Part shown: in pieces, positions 9,653 to 20,639 of the stretch
How the letters are laid out: every line of letters starts with the position of its first letter
Position numbering within the stretch: the first letter of the stretch is position 1
Assembly: GCA_043761745.1 (NCBI GenBank)
Contig: JAYUNL010000175.1
Coordinates: 13,047 to 77,046 of the forward strand
Source of the DNA: Rhodocyclaceae bacterium
GTDB lineage: Bacteria; Pseudomonadota; Gammaproteobacteria; Burkholderiales; Rhodocyclaceae
Length of the DNA: 64,000 nt
Reading direction: 5' to 3'
Notes under the pieces: model-generated
The model's input: only the letters and a program-made list of their open reading frames with translations
Databases searched by the model: none
What the model was told of the DNA's origin: nothing
Position numbers and translations under genes: made by a program

Positions 9653-10261
9653 TCAGTCAGGCTGACCAAAAAGGTGGTGATAAAAACTCACCACCATGCC
9701 TGCCGTGGCGCCCCAAATGTAATAGCCCTCGTAAGGCATGGCGTAGTAATGGCGCAGCTTACCGCGTATTTCCGAGCTGTGGCGTTGATGATTGTCCGGA
9801 TCGAGGAGAAATTCAAGCGGCGTTTCGAACACCGCCGCAACCTCGAACTCGTCCAGGCGCAACGTGAAGGGCGGCTTCACCAGGCCCACCACCGGCGTGA
9901 CGCAGAAGCCGGTGCCGGTGCGGTACTCCGGCAAAAGTCCGAGTACCTCAACGCGGGAGCGCGATAAACCGATTTCCTCCTCGGTTTCACGCAAGGCAGT
10001 CATCACGGGTGAACCATCTTCCACCTCGTATCGACCGCCGGGGAAAGACACCTGTCCGGCATGGTCGTGCAGATGATCGGTGCGCTGAGTAAATAACACC
10101 GTCAATCCGTCGTCGCGCAGCACAATGGGAATCAGCACGGCGGCTGGCACGAGTCGATCGGGCGAACTTTCTTCGACCAACGGAGGCAATTCGGCCGACT
10201 TGGTAAACCGCTGACGCAGCCAATCGGCGGAAGCAATAACGGGAACAGTTAAATCGCTCAC
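9653..10261 (-). CDS. CoA pyrophosphatase (NUDIX hydrolase, NudL-like)
   Basis: 202 aa; LFTQRTDHLHDHAGQVSFPGG signature followed by the NUDIX box GGRYEVEDGSPVMTALRETEEEIGL. Confidence 0.85.
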   Translation of the reverse strand: MSDLTVPVIASADWLRQRFTKSAELPPLVEESSPDRLVPAAVLIPIVLRDDGLTVLFTQRTDHLHDHAGQVSFPGGRYEVEDGSPVMTALRETEEEIGLSRSRVEVLGLLPEYRTGTGFCVTPVVGLVKPPFTLRLDEFEVAAVFETPLEFLLDPDNHQRHSSEIRGKLRHYYAMPYEGYYIWGATAGMVVSFYHHLFGQPD

Positions 10262-10265
10262 AACC

Positions 10266-10949
10266 TTAATAGCGCTTGCGTAAGCTCATGCTTTCGCCAT
10301 TGCGCTTCATTTCCATGCGCCCCAAAAAACTCATACCCAAAAGGACAACCGGCAAATCGATGTTATGCACGGCGGCATCCACATCGTTCATGGTCACGTC
10401 CCCCACCTTGACGGTGCGGAGCTTCACGCGCCACACCTGTACCGGCCCGTTGGCGGTCATGGACATGCCAGGCTCAGCCTTGTTCAGATCGATATTGGCA
10501 CGGCGAGCATCGGAGGCACCGAGCGAAACAAACGAGGCGCCGGTATCGACCAAAAACCGCACTGTCGCACCGTTGACCGTGCCCACCGTTGTAAAGTGCC
10601 CGCCGGGATCAGCGGTAAGATTGATCATCTGTCCGGCCTGGGTCGCCGCCTCGCTGGAAACCACTTGCTGACCGATCACCAGACGCTGACGCCTGCCGTC
10701 GAATTCCAGCGTCGCCGCGTCCTGCTCGATGCTGATCAGTTTCACGTCGTTGATCTTGGCCCCGACGGAAAGCGTGCGCGGCGCCGAACCGTTGATGATC
10801 AACACCGCCTTGCCCGGAAACAGGCCGACCAAGCCCACTTCGGTGGCAGCGGCTGGCGTTGTCAAGAAGCCCAATAGGCAGGCAGCAAGCAGCGCGCTAA
10901 AATTCACCCACCCTTTACTATTCCACCGCACCATGCAACCCGTCGTCAT
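10266..10949 (-). CDS. retropepsin-like (clan AA) aspartic protease, membrane-anchored or secreted
   Basis: 227 aa; N-terminal hydrophobic segment and FLVDTGAS catalytic motif. The exact start is uncertain: Met at 10949 or Met at 10934. Confidence 0.75.
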   Translation of the reverse strand: MTTGCMVRWNSKGWVNFSALLAACLLGFLTTPAAATEVGLVGLFPGKAVLIINGSAPRTLSVGAKINDVKLISIEQDAATLEFDGRRQRLVIGQQVVSSEAATQAGQMINLTADPGGHFTTVGTVNGATVRFLVDTGASFVSLGASDARRANIDLNKAEPGMSMTANGPVQVWRVKLRTVKVGDVTMNDVDAAVHNIDLPVVLLGMSFLGRMEMKRNGESMSLRKRY

Positions 10950-11637
10950 ATTTCGTCACCTGCCCACTGAAGGTCCTGGCCATTTTGCCACATTCCTGGA
11001 ACGCCACTCGATTCCCTGGGAACTCGTCGCCATAGACCGGAATGATCCGTTGCCAACCAGCGTTAACGGCTATTCCGGCCTGGTCTTTATGGGTGGGCCG
11101 ATGAGCGTCAACGATCCGCTGCCCTGGATCACGCAGGAACTGGCGCTGATACGCGCCGCCGTCGCCGCTGACATGCCGGTGCTGGGGCATTGCCTGGGCG
11201 GGCAGCTCATGGCAAAAGCCTTGGGCGGCGTAGTAACTAAGAACCCTGTGAAGGAAATCGGTTGGGGTGAGGTACAGGTGATCGACAACGACGCCGCGCA
11301 CGCCTGGTTTGGCGAATTGCGCGGCTTCACGTCCTTTCATTGGCACGGCGAAACTTTCAGCGTGCCCGCCGGCGCGGCGCGCGTACTGGCAAGCGCGCAC
11401 TGCGCCAATCAGGGCTTCGTCATGGGCAAGCATCTCGGCTTGCAATGCCACGTCGAAATGACGGCGACGATGATTAATGATTGGTGTGCAGCCGGCGCCG
11501 CCGAAATCGCCGCCAGCCCTGGTCCGACGGTGCAATCCGTAGCGGAAATGATGCGCGAGACAGCGGAGAAACTACCAGAGTTGCATGCCGTGGCAGATAG
11601 CCTTTACACGCGCTGGATTGCCGGCCTGGCGCGGTAA
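10933..11637 (+). CDS. class I glutamine amidotransferase-like protein
   Basis: 234 aa from the ATG at 10933; nucleophile elbow VLGHCLGGQL and HWHGE/H-x-E region. The track start at 10729 would overlap the protease gene. Confidence 0.8.
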   Translation: MQPVVIFRHLPTEGPGHFATFLERHSIPWELVAIDRNDPLPTSVNGYSGLVFMGGPMSVNDPLPWITQELALIRAAVAADMPVLGHCLGGQLMAKALGGVVTKNPVKEIGWGEVQVIDNDAAHAWFGELRGFTSFHWHGETFSVPAGAARVLASAHCANQGFVMGKHLGLQCHVEMTATMINDWCAAGAAEIAASPGPTVQSVAEMMRETAEKLPELHAVADSLYTRWIAGLAR

Positions 11638-11644
11638 GCTAACT

Positions 11645-12130
11645 TCAATCGCGGAAATTGCCGAACTGTAGCGGCACGTCGGTGATGGATTTTTTCACCA
11701 GGGCGATAGCTTCTTGCAGGATATCGCGCTTGGCGCCGCTGACGCGCACTTCGTCGCCCTGAATGCTGGCTTGCACCTTGAGCTTGTTGTCCTTCAGCAG
11801 CTTGACGACTTTCTTGGCCAGCTCGCTATCGATGCCGACCTTGACCTTGATTTCCTGCTTGACCTTGTTGCCGCTCACTTTGACGACAGCGCCGCGTTCC
11901 AGGCTGCGCACATCAACGCCGCGCTTGGCCAGCTTGGCGGTGAGCACGTCGTAGACCTGATCGAGCTTGAACTCGTCGTCGGCGAAGACCGTCAGCAGCT
12001 TCTCGCCCTGCTCGATGCGGGCATCCGAGCCTTTGAAATCGAAACGGTTGGTGACTTCCTTGTTGGCCTGGTCGACAGCGTTGCGCAGTTCGACCTGATT
12101 GACTTCAGAAACAATATCGAAAGACGGCAT
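11645..12130 (-). CDS. yajQ: YajQ family nucleotide/cyclic-di-GMP-binding protein
   Basis: 161 aa; [34 protein letters not shown] is the conserved YajQ N-terminus. Confidence 0.9.
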   Translation of the reverse strand: MPSFDIVSEVNQVELRNAVDQANKEVTNRFDFKGSDARIEQGEKLLTVFADDEFKLDQVYDVLTAKLAKRGVDVRSLERGAVVKVSGNKVKQEIKVKVGIDSELAKKVVKLLKDNKLKVQASIQGDEVRVSGAKRDILQEAIALVKKSITDVPLQFGNFRD

Positions 12131-12157
12131 GTCGCACTCCCGATGGCTGCTGCGGAT

Positions 12158-12469
12158 TTATTCAAAGTGACAAACGTAATCCAGCGTCTCGACCGTATCA
12201 ATCTCGAAGCTGCTATTGCCGGGCACCGAGAATTTCTCGCCTGCGCCGTAGGTCTTCCAATCCTGTTCGCCCTTGAGTCGGATGCGGCACTTGCCGCCGT
12301 TGAGTTCCATGACTTCGGGAGCGCCGGTATTGAAAGTAAGCTGTGACGGAAAGATCACGCCTATGGTTTTTTTCGTGCCGTCGGCAAATAGCACGGTATG
12401 ACTGACGCATTTCCCGTCGAAGTACAGGTTGGCTTTCTTGACGACGCTGACATTGTCGAACTGGCTCAT
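12158..12469 (-). CDS. ppnP: pyrimidine/purine nucleoside phosphorylase PpnP (DUF1255)
   Basis: 103 aa from the Met at 12469; [26 protein letters not shown] is typical of PpnP. Confidence 0.85.
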   Translation of the reverse strand: MSQFDNVSVVKKANLYFDGKCVSHTVLFADGTKKTIGVIFPSQLTFNTGAPEVMELNGGKCRIRLKGEQDWKTYGAGEKFSVPGNSSFEIDTVETLDYVCHFE

Positions 12470-12483
12470 TTCACTTTTTCCTT

Positions 12484-13713
<1,230 letters not shown>

Positions 13714-13731
13714 TTTTGCTTGCTGCTCAGA

Positions 13732-14655
13732 TCAAGAATTCACGCGGCCTAGGAGCAGATACTCCATCAGCGCCTTTTGGGTATGCAATCTATTCTCTGC
13801 CTCGTCCCACACTACGCTTTGCGGCCCGTCGATCACCTCGGCCGCCACTTCCTCACCGCGATGGGCCGGCAGGCAGTGCATGAACAAGGCTTGCGGGCCG
13901 GCCACACGCATCATGTCGACGTCGACTTGCCAGTCCTCGAAGTCGCGCTTGCGCTCTTCGTTCTCGGCTTCAAAGCCCATGGAGGTCCACACGTCGGTGG
14001 TCACCAGATCGGCGCCACGCGCCGCTTCCATGGGGTCGGCGAACTCTTCATAGTGATCCGTACCGTAAAGTCCCGCACGCTCGGGCTCGACCTCATAGCC
14101 GGGGGGCGTCGACACATGCACATTGAAATCGAACACTTCAGCAGCTTGCAACCAGGTGTTGCAGACGTTGTTGGAATCGCCGATCCAGGCCACCGTCTTG
14201 CCCTGTATAGGGCCGCGATGCTCTATGAAAGTATAAATGTCGGCGAGAATCTGGCAAGGATGGTATTCATTGGTCAGGCCATTGATGACCGGCACGCGCG
14301 AATGCGCGGCGAAGCGCTCGATAATGCCTTGCTCGAAGGTGCGGATCATGACCACGTCGCACATCCGCGAAATGACCTTGGCCGCATCTTCCACCGGCTC
14401 GCCGCGCCCGAGTTGCGAATCACGCGTGCTGAGAAATATCGCCGCGCCGCCCAACTGGTGCATGCCCGCCTCGAAGGAAAGCCGCGTGCGGGTGCTCTGT
14501 TTCTCGAAGATCATCACCAGCGTGCGGTCGAACAGCGGGTGATAGGCCTCGTAGCCCTTGAACTTGTCCTTGATCCAGCGCGTGCGGGCGAAGACATAGT
14601 CCAGCTCATCGCGGGAAAAATCCTTCAACTTCAAGAAATGCTTGGGTGCAGCCAT
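13732..14655 (-). CDS. argF: ornithine carbamoyltransferase
   Basis: 307 aa; STRTR, HPCQ and HCLP motifs. Confidence 0.9.
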   Translation of the reverse strand: MAAPKHFLKLKDFSRDELDYVFARTRWIKDKFKGYEAYHPLFDRTLVMIFEKQSTRTRLSFEAGMHQLGGAAIFLSTRDSQLGRGEPVEDAAKVISRMCDVVMIRTFEQGIIERFAAHSRVPVINGLTNEYHPCQILADIYTFIEHRGPIQGKTVAWIGDSNNVCNTWLQAAEVFDFNVHVSTPPGYEVEPERAGLYGTDHYEEFADPMEAARGADLVTTDVWTSMGFEAENEERKRDFEDWQVDVDMMRVAGPQALFMHCLPAHRGEEVAAEVIDGPQSVVWDEAENRLHTQKALMEYLLLGRVNS

Positions 14656-14666
14656 GGCGAACCGTC

Positions 14667-15836
14667 CTAAGACAGGAACTCGCGGATCAATGGTGACAGT
14701 ATGGACACCAGTTCGCTGGCGTCAGCGTCAGTGAAAATCAAGGGTGGCAGCAAGCGTATCACCGTGTCCGCCGTGACGTTGATCAACAGGCCACGATCGA
14801 GCGCCCGCTTGACCAACTCGCCGCAAGGACGATCCAGCTCGATGCCGATCATCAGCCCATCGCCGCGTATGGCGACGACGCCGTTTAGACCCTGCAAAGA
14901 GGCAGCGAATTCAGCGCGCAGGCTGTTCCCCAGCGCTGCGGCGCGGGCCTTGAGGCCGTCCTGTTCGATGACGTCTAGCGTGGTCAGCGCCGCAGTGCAG
15001 GCGAGCGGATTGCCGCCGAAGGTGGAACCATGATTACCGGGCTTGAAAACGCCGGCGGCCTTGCCCGCCACGAGACAGGCACCGATGGGCACCCCGGAAC
15101 CCAGGCCTTTCGCCAGCGTCATCACGTCCGGCTTCACGCCCACGTGCTGGCAGGCGAACCAATAGCCCGTGCGGCCGATGCCGCATTGCACTTCGTCCAG
15201 CATGAAGAGCCAGCCGCGTTCGTCGCAAATGCGCCGCAGACCTTGCATATATTCGGCCTGCGCAATGTTGATGCCGCCTTCGCCCTGGATGGGCTCGATC
15301 AAGAGTGCCACCACATTCTGGTTGTTCTCCGCGATGTGCTGTACCGCCGCCAGATCGTCGAAGGGCACGCGCACAAAGCCGCCCACCAGAGGTTCGAAAC
15401 CAGCCTGAACTTTGCGATTGCCGGTGGCCGACAGGGTGGCCAGCGTGCGTCCGTGGAAGGCTTGTTCCATGACCACGATAGCCGGCAACTCGACGCCTTT
15501 CTGATGGCCATACAGGCGCGCCAGCTTGATCGCCGCTTCGTTAGCTTCGCAGCCGGAATTGCAGAAAAACACTTCATCCATGCCGGAAATATCGGCCAAG
15601 CGATCAGACAAGGCTTCCTGCTCGCGAATGCGATAAATGTTCGAGGTGTGCAGCAGACGCCCAGCTTGTTCGGAGAGCGCCTTGACCAGCCGCGGATGGG
15701 CATGGCCCAGGGTGGAGACCGCGATGCCGGCCAGGGCATCCAGATAGCGGCGGCCCGCCTCGTCGTAAAGCGAGGCGCCTTGCCCGTGCGTAAACGCCAA
15801 GGGCAACCGCGTATAGGTGTTCATCAGATGAGGCAT
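14667..15836 (-). CDS. argD: acetylornithine aminotransferase (class III PLP aminotransferase)
   Basis: 389 aa; class III aminotransferase layout with the PLP-lysine region TLAKGLGSG; lies in an arg gene row. Confidence 0.88.
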   Translation of the reverse strand: MPHLMNTYTRLPLAFTHGQGASLYDEAGRRYLDALAGIAVSTLGHAHPRLVKALSEQAGRLLHTSNIYRIREQEALSDRLADISGMDEVFFCNSGCEANEAAIKLARLYGHQKGVELPAIVVMEQAFHGRTLATLSATGNRKVQAGFEPLVGGFVRVPFDDLAAVQHIAENNQNVVALLIEPIQGEGGINIAQAEYMQGLRRICDERGWLFMLDEVQCGIGRTGYWFACQHVGVKPDVMTLAKGLGSGVPIGACLVAGKAAGVFKPGNHGSTFGGNPLACTAALTTLDVIEQDGLKARAAALGNSLRAEFAASLQGLNGVVAIRGDGLMIGIELDRPCGELVKRALDRGLLINVTADTVIRLLPPLIFTDADASELVSILSPLIREFLS

Positions 15837-15963
15837 GGCAGGCGGAAATACTAACTAGCGTTGCGATTTACCAAGTTACAAATACAAAGGCGGCTCGCGC
15901 CGCCTTCTTTCTTGTAAACACATCTTAAGTGAAAAAGTCAGGCTTGTATATATACTCTCCCAC

Positions 15964-16728
15964 ATGGCCCGCATTGCCGTTTTCAATCAGAAGGGGGGCG
16001 TCGGCAAGACGACCACCGCCTTGAATCTCGCCGCCGCGCTGGCACGTCGCGAACGCACGGTTCTGCTCGTCGATCTGGATCCGCAGGCGCACCTTTCCGC
16101 CATCCACGGCAACGCGCTGGGCGATGTGACCGAAAGCGTTTTCGCATTTTACAAAGGCGACCGCCCCCTGCGAGAGTTGGAAATTGATTGGATATCTATC
16201 GGCCAGCTGATTCCGGCTCACGCCGAGCTGATCAAGGTCGATTCGATATTCGGCAAAGGCCCGACCATCCTCAACCGTTTGAATGCCGGTCTGAATGACC
16301 TGAGCACAGGCGGCGACGAACGCGCCGTGGTGATTGATTGCTGCCCGTTCCTGGGCGTGCTCTCCCTCAACGCACTGTTCGCGGCCAATCGGCTATTGAT
16401 ACCCATTTCCTCGGATTTTCTGGCGCTGCGCGGCGCCTTGCAGGTGGAGCGCACCCTGCACGCGCTTGAGCCTGTACTCAAGCGCCGTATTGAGCGCCGC
16501 TATCTATTGACGCGCTTTGATCGCCGCCGCAACATGAGTTTTGAAATCCAGAATCGGCTAATCGCCCAGTTCGGTGCGGAAGTTTGTACAACGGTGATCT
16601 CGGAAAACGTCGCAGTGGCTGAGGCGCCCTCCTGCAACCGCGATATCTTCAGCCACAACGCGGCATCGCGCGGCGCGAAGGACTATGCTGCGTTGGTCGA
16701 AGAACTACTGGCTCAGGGGTTTCTTTGA
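15964..16728 (+). CDS. ParA/Soj-type P-loop ATPase (orphan, no parB adjacent)
   Basis: 254 aa; deviant Walker A NQKGGVGKTT including the signature lysine, and VDLDPQ. Confidence 0.85.
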   Translation: MARIAVFNQKGGVGKTTTALNLAAALARRERTVLLVDLDPQAHLSAIHGNALGDVTESVFAFYKGDRPLRELEIDWISIGQLIPAHAELIKVDSIFGKGPTILNRLNAGLNDLSTGGDERAVVIDCCPFLGVLSLNALFAANRLLIPISSDFLALRGALQVERTLHALEPVLKRRIERRYLLTRFDRRRNMSFEIQNRLIAQFGAEVCTTVISENVAVAEAPSCNRDIFSHNAASRGAKDYAALVEELLAQGFL

Positions 16729-16773
16729 CAGGATCTGACAACGGCTGTCAGCGCGTCGGGACAGCGCGTAAGA

Positions 16774-17016
16774 TCAACGCGTGATAAGCGTCATGACATC
16801 CTCGTAGGTTGTCACCGGCGCCGCCTTGGAAGTCGGCCGATGGCAGGTCCGTTCGAGGATTTCGCAGCCGCGATAAATCTGCAGCAGCTTGCGCTCCGCT
16901 TCAGCCGCATCGCGGCCCGGTATCAATAAGTTTTCCACAACCAAGCCTACGCGGGTGCGGATGCGAAAACCAAATTTTGTCAGCAGTGGTGATTGCATAA
17001 AACCCATACCAGTCAA
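16774..17016 (-). CDS. hypothetical small protein
   Basis: 80-aa ORF (an internal Met would give about 74 aa) convergent with parA. No motif recognised. It is kept only because no competing gene occupies this stretch. Confidence 0.35.
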   Translation of the reverse strand: MTGMGFMQSPLLTKFGFRIRTRVGLVVENLLIPGRDAAEAERKLLQIYRGCEILERTCHRPTSKAAPVTTYEDVMTLITR

Positions 17017-17246
17017 TGGGATTGCATCAGTATATGTACGAGCTCTTACAAATGCAAGCTAGCCCGCTAATTTCGCTGAATATTTTTGGAACGCTTATTC
17101 AGTTATCCTGACTTATTGTATTTAACGGCGCGGCCGGAGTGACCTTTAGCCACGGGCGTCGCGGCGCTTCTGGTAAAATCCTATCTTAGTTCCGGCGGAT
17201 GCCACTGCGGGCTCCAACGCCAGCACAGCGCCGGCCGTTCGGCGCC

Positions 17247-17549
17247 ATGTCAGAGAAAAACCCAGAGAACTTCATCATTGTCGGCCGCACACGAGACGGC
17301 CAGCGCTTTCGCCCCAGCGACTGGGCCGAACGCCTGTGCGGCATCATGTCAGCGTTTGGGGCCGACAACCGCATGACCTACTCCCCCTACGTGCGACCGG
17401 GCTCACATGCCGGCGAGAAGTGCGTCTATGTCGCGGGCGGACTCTACGAGCGCGAGCCCATGGCGTATCAATTCCTCGTTAACTTCGCGGAGGATAATGT
17501 GCTGGAGGTCATCTATACCCGGCGCCCGGATGCCAAGCTCGACGAGTAG
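17247..17549 (+). CDS. DUF3579-like protein
   Basis: 100 aa from the Met at 17247. FIIVGRTRDGQRFRPSDWAERLCG resembles the DUF3579 family as I recall it. Confidence 0.65.
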   Translation: MSEKNPENFIIVGRTRDGQRFRPSDWAERLCGIMSAFGADNRMTYSPYVRPGSHAGEKCVYVAGGLYEREPMAYQFLVNFAEDNVLEVIYTRRPDAKLDE

Positions 17550-17564
17550 CGGATACAAAAAGAC

Positions 17565-17590
17565 AATGGCGACCGGAACCGGCCGCCATT
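17565..17590. terminator. bidirectional hairpin between the DUF3579 gene and rpsT
   Basis: AATGGCGACCGG-aa-CCGGCCGCCATT (one mismatch), located between convergent stops. Confidence 0.5.
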
Positions 17591-17622
17591 TCAGAGAAGA
17601 CTACGAAAGTACTACTTGCGAA

Positions 17623-17883
17623 TCAAAGCGCCTTGACGGCGGCGGACAGACGGCTCTTGTGACGCGCCGCCTTGTTCTTATGAATGATCTTCTTGTCGGC
17701 AATGCTGTCGATGACGCTCATCGACTCGCTGAAAATCTTTTGCGCTTCCACCTTGTTACCGGCTTCGACCGCCTTCCGTACGCGCTTGATCGCGGTGCGC
17801 AACTCGGAACGCTTACTGACGTTGCTGGCACGGAGCTTGAGCGCCTGACGGGCACGTTTGCGAGCTTGTATGGTATTGGCCAT
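17623..17883 (-). CDS. rpsT: 30S ribosomal protein S20
   Basis: 86 aa; [13 protein letters not shown]... basic helical protein typical of S20. Confidence 0.95.
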   Translation of the reverse strand: MANTIQARKRARQALKLRASNVSKRSELRTAIKRVRKAVEAGNKVEAQKIFSESMSVIDSIADKKIIHKNKAARHKSRLSAAVKAL

Positions 17884-18063
17884 GAGTCTTTGTTAAGGCT
17901 TGGAAAAGGGGCGCATCATAGGACATTTTGGCGCGCCGCGCAACCAGTGCTTGGCCTGGCCTGACGTTTAGGTGGCGTTTTGGTTGGCACGGAGCGGGTA
18001 AAGTCGCTAACATGGCGCGGCTCTCCGTCCCCCGCCGCCTCGCGCCCGTCACACCTGCCCATC

Positions 18064-19608
18064 ATGAATCTCCTGCGAACCCTCGCGACCATCAGCAGCA
18101 TGACTTTGTTGTCACGCATATTGGGTTTTGTGCGGGACTTCGTCATCGCCAGGGCCTTCGGCGCGGGGGCGGCTAGCGATGCCTTCTTTGTGGCTTTCCG
18201 CCTGCCCAACCTCTTACGCCGCATGTTCGCCGAGGGCGCTTTTTCGCAGGCTTTCGTACCCATACTCGCGGAGTGCCGCAATCGACACGGCGCTGAGGAA
18301 ACGCGCCGTCTCGTGGATCACGTCGCCACCCTGCTCTTCCTGGTGGTACTGGCGGTGACCTTGCTGGGTATCGTGCTCACACCCATACTGATTTACCTCT
18401 CGGCGCCGGGCTTCGCGGCGGATGCGGACAAATTCGATCTGACGGTTCAACTCACCCGCATCACTTTTCCCTACCTCCTTTTCATCTCGCTGGTGTCGTT
18501 GGCCGGTGGCGTCCTGAACACCTGGAGCCGTTTCGCCATTCCGGCCTTCACGCCGGTGCTGCTGAATGTGTCCTTCATTTTCATGGCGCTGTTCGCCGCG
18601 CCCCATTTCGATCGGCCGGTCATGGCGCTGGCCTGGGCCGTCCCCCTGGGCGGCATCTTGCAGCTCGTCTTGCAACTACCCGCGCTGGCGAAGATCGGTA
18701 TGCTGCCGCGTTTCTCTTTCTCACTACAGGATCCGAACGTCAATCGCATCCTCAAGCTGATGCTGCCCGCACTGCTGGGCGTGTCCGTCTCGCAGATATC
18801 GCTCTTGATCAACACCATTTTCGCCTCCTTCCTACCGAACGGCAGCGTCTCTTGGCTCTATTACGCCGACCGCTTGATGGAGTTCCCGGCCGGTATGCTC
18901 GGCGTGGCGCTCGGGACCATACTCTTGCCTAGCCTCTCCAAGCATCATGCCAACGACAACCCCCGCGAGTTCTCGGCCTTGCTGGACTGGGGCTTGCGGC
19001 TCACCTTTGTGCTGACCTTGCCGGCGGCGCTGGCACTTGCCGTGCTCTCCGTTCCGCTGGTTGCGACCCTGTTCAACTACGGTGCTTTCGGTGCGGACGA
19101 TGTGTTCAAAACGCGCGACGCGCTGACCGCTTACAGTCTTGGTTTGATCGGCATGATCGTAGTGAAAGTGCTGGCGCCCGGCTTTTACGCCAAACAAAAC
19201 ATACGCACGCCGGTCAAAATCGCGCTCGTCACCCTGGCGGCCACGCAGTTGATGAACCTTGCCTTCATATTTGGCTTGCAACTCAAACACGCCGGGCTGG
19301 CGCTCTCCATCGGTCTGGCTTCCTGTCTGAACGCCAGCCTCTTATTTCGCGGCCTGCGGCTGCGCGGCATTTACGCGCCACAGCCCGGCTGGGCAGCGTT
19401 TGCGCTCAAGCTGCTCCTGGCACTTGCCGTGCTCGGCGTGACGCTTTGGTTCGCCATGGGAGAGACGACGCAGTGGATAGGGCGGCCGGCCGTCGCTCGG
19501 CTCCTGCATCTGGCGGCGATCGTGATTGGTGGTGCGGCGGCCTATTTCGCCACGCTATGGGTGCTCGGCTTCCGCCTGAGCGATTTCCGCCAGCGCGGTG
19601 CGGAATAA
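18064..19608 (+). CDS. murJ: lipid II flippase MurJ
   Basis: 514 aa from the ATG at 18064; [26 protein letters not shown]-terminus; polytopic. Confidence 0.92.
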   Translation: MNLLRTLATISSMTLLSRILGFVRDFVIARAFGAGAASDAFFVAFRLPNLLRRMFAEGAFSQAFVPILAECRNRHGAEETRRLVDHVATLLFLVVLAVTLLGIVLTPILIYLSAPGFAADADKFDLTVQLTRITFPYLLFISLVSLAGGVLNTWSRFAIPAFTPVLLNVSFIFMALFAAPHFDRPVMALAWAVPLGGILQLVLQLPALAKIGMLPRFSFSLQDPNVNRILKLMLPALLGVSVSQISLLINTIFASFLPNGSVSWLYYADRLMEFPAGMLGVALGTILLPSLSKHHANDNPREFSALLDWGLRLTFVLTLPAALALAVLSVPLVATLFNYGAFGADDVFKTRDALTAYSLGLIGMIVVKVLAPGFYAKQNIRTPVKIALVTLAATQLMNLAFIFGLQLKHAGLALSIGLASCLNASLLFRGLRLRGIYAPQPGWAAFALKLLLALAVLGVTLWFAMGETTQWIGRPAVARLLHLAAIVIGGAAAYFATLWVLGFRLSDFRQRGAE

Positions 19609-19677
19609 GCGCGCAAGGCCCGTCGTTGTTACAATACGCGCTGTTGAATCACCTGTTTTCAGGTTGCTAGTCGCTAA

Positions 19678-20598
19678 ATGAACTCACGTCGTCTACAACA
19701 TTTTCTGGCGGTCTATGAGCATCGCGGTTTCGGTCGCGCGGCCGAAGAACTGCATGTGACCAAGCCGGCCCTCAGCAAGAGCATACAGTTGCTTGAAGAG
19801 GAGCTGAATGTCGTACTGTTCGAGCGTACCGCGTCGGGTGTTGTGCCTACGCTGTATGCCGAGACGCTGTCCTTGTATGCAAAAGCGGTCGAAGCGGAAA
19901 TGCGCAACGCCACTCGCGAAATCGCCAGACTGAGCGGCGCAATGAAGGGCGAAGTGAAGGTCGGCATCACGCCGAGTGTCGCGGCGTATCTGATGCCGCG
20001 TACCTTCCTCAAATTGCAGAATGAGCGCCCAAGCATCACTTTCAACATCGTCGAAGGCATCATGGATCACCACCTGCTGGCGTTGCGCCAAGGCGATCTG
20101 GATTTCGTGATCGGCGGCTGGGTACCCGGTGTCTATCCCGATCTCGCCACCGAAGTGGTGCAGCGTGACGACGTGCGCGTGTTCGCCGGCGCCAAGCATC
20201 CGCTGGCGGGTAAAAAAAACGTGTCTCTGAAATCCCTGCTGGATTACGCTTGGGTGCTGCCACCACCCACGCAATTCTGGTTGCAGCTATTCGAAAAGAC
20301 CTTCGTCTCGCATGGCTTGCAGCCGCCCATTCCAAACGCGGTCACCAACTCGCCAAGCTTCATCAAGGCGACTTTGCTCGATCACAAGTACCTGAGCGCG
20401 CTGCCGGCGCGATCACTGGAAAGCGAGACTCACTTCGGGGAAATTGTGGCGCTACCGGTCGCGGAAATGGCTATCACCATCGATATCACCGTCAGCTATC
20501 GCAAGCGCGATGAGCACCTCACCGCCTGCAATATGTTCATCGCCGCGCTGAAAACCGCCTGCCAAACGTCGCCAGCCCTGGCGCGCGCGGCCTCCTGA
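19678..20598 (+). CDS. LysR family transcriptional regulator
   Basis: 306 aa; N-terminal HTH FGRAAEELHVTKPALSKSIQLLE plus a LysR substrate-binding domain. Confidence 0.9.
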   Translation: MNSRRLQHFLAVYEHRGFGRAAEELHVTKPALSKSIQLLEEELNVVLFERTASGVVPTLYAETLSLYAKAVEAEMRNATREIARLSGAMKGEVKVGITPSVAAYLMPRTFLKLQNERPSITFNIVEGIMDHHLLALRQGDLDFVIGGWVPGVYPDLATEVVQRDDVRVFAGAKHPLAGKKNVSLKSLLDYAWVLPPPTQFWLQLFEKTFVSHGLQPPIPNAVTNSPSFIKATLLDHKYLSALPARSLESETHFGEIVALPVAEMAITIDITVSYRKRDEHLTACNMFIAALKTACQTSPALARAAS

Positions 20599-20639
20599 AG
20601 CACGCTCGGCGCATCGCGTAACAACGGCACTCGGTCAGA

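Noticed and set aside
10932-10949. Head-to-head overlap of the aspartic-protease and amidotransferase start codons.
   Set aside because: This is probably an artefact of start-codon choice for the protease; an alternative Met lies at 10934 and other starts are possible. It was not considered a real regulatory oddity without start-site data.
13777-14670. 297-aa plus-strand ORF covering the whole argF region. Similar long antisense ORFs occur at 12940-13752, 15030-15854, 7993-8703, 35841-36944, 54758-55336 and 55971-56771.
   Set aside because: Each lies exactly antisense to a gene with unmistakable family motifs (argF, argG, argD, thiolase, hppA, aceA/aceB). Their translations are Arg/Ala/Gly/His-rich with no motifs. 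These are typical shadow ORFs of a GC-rich genome.
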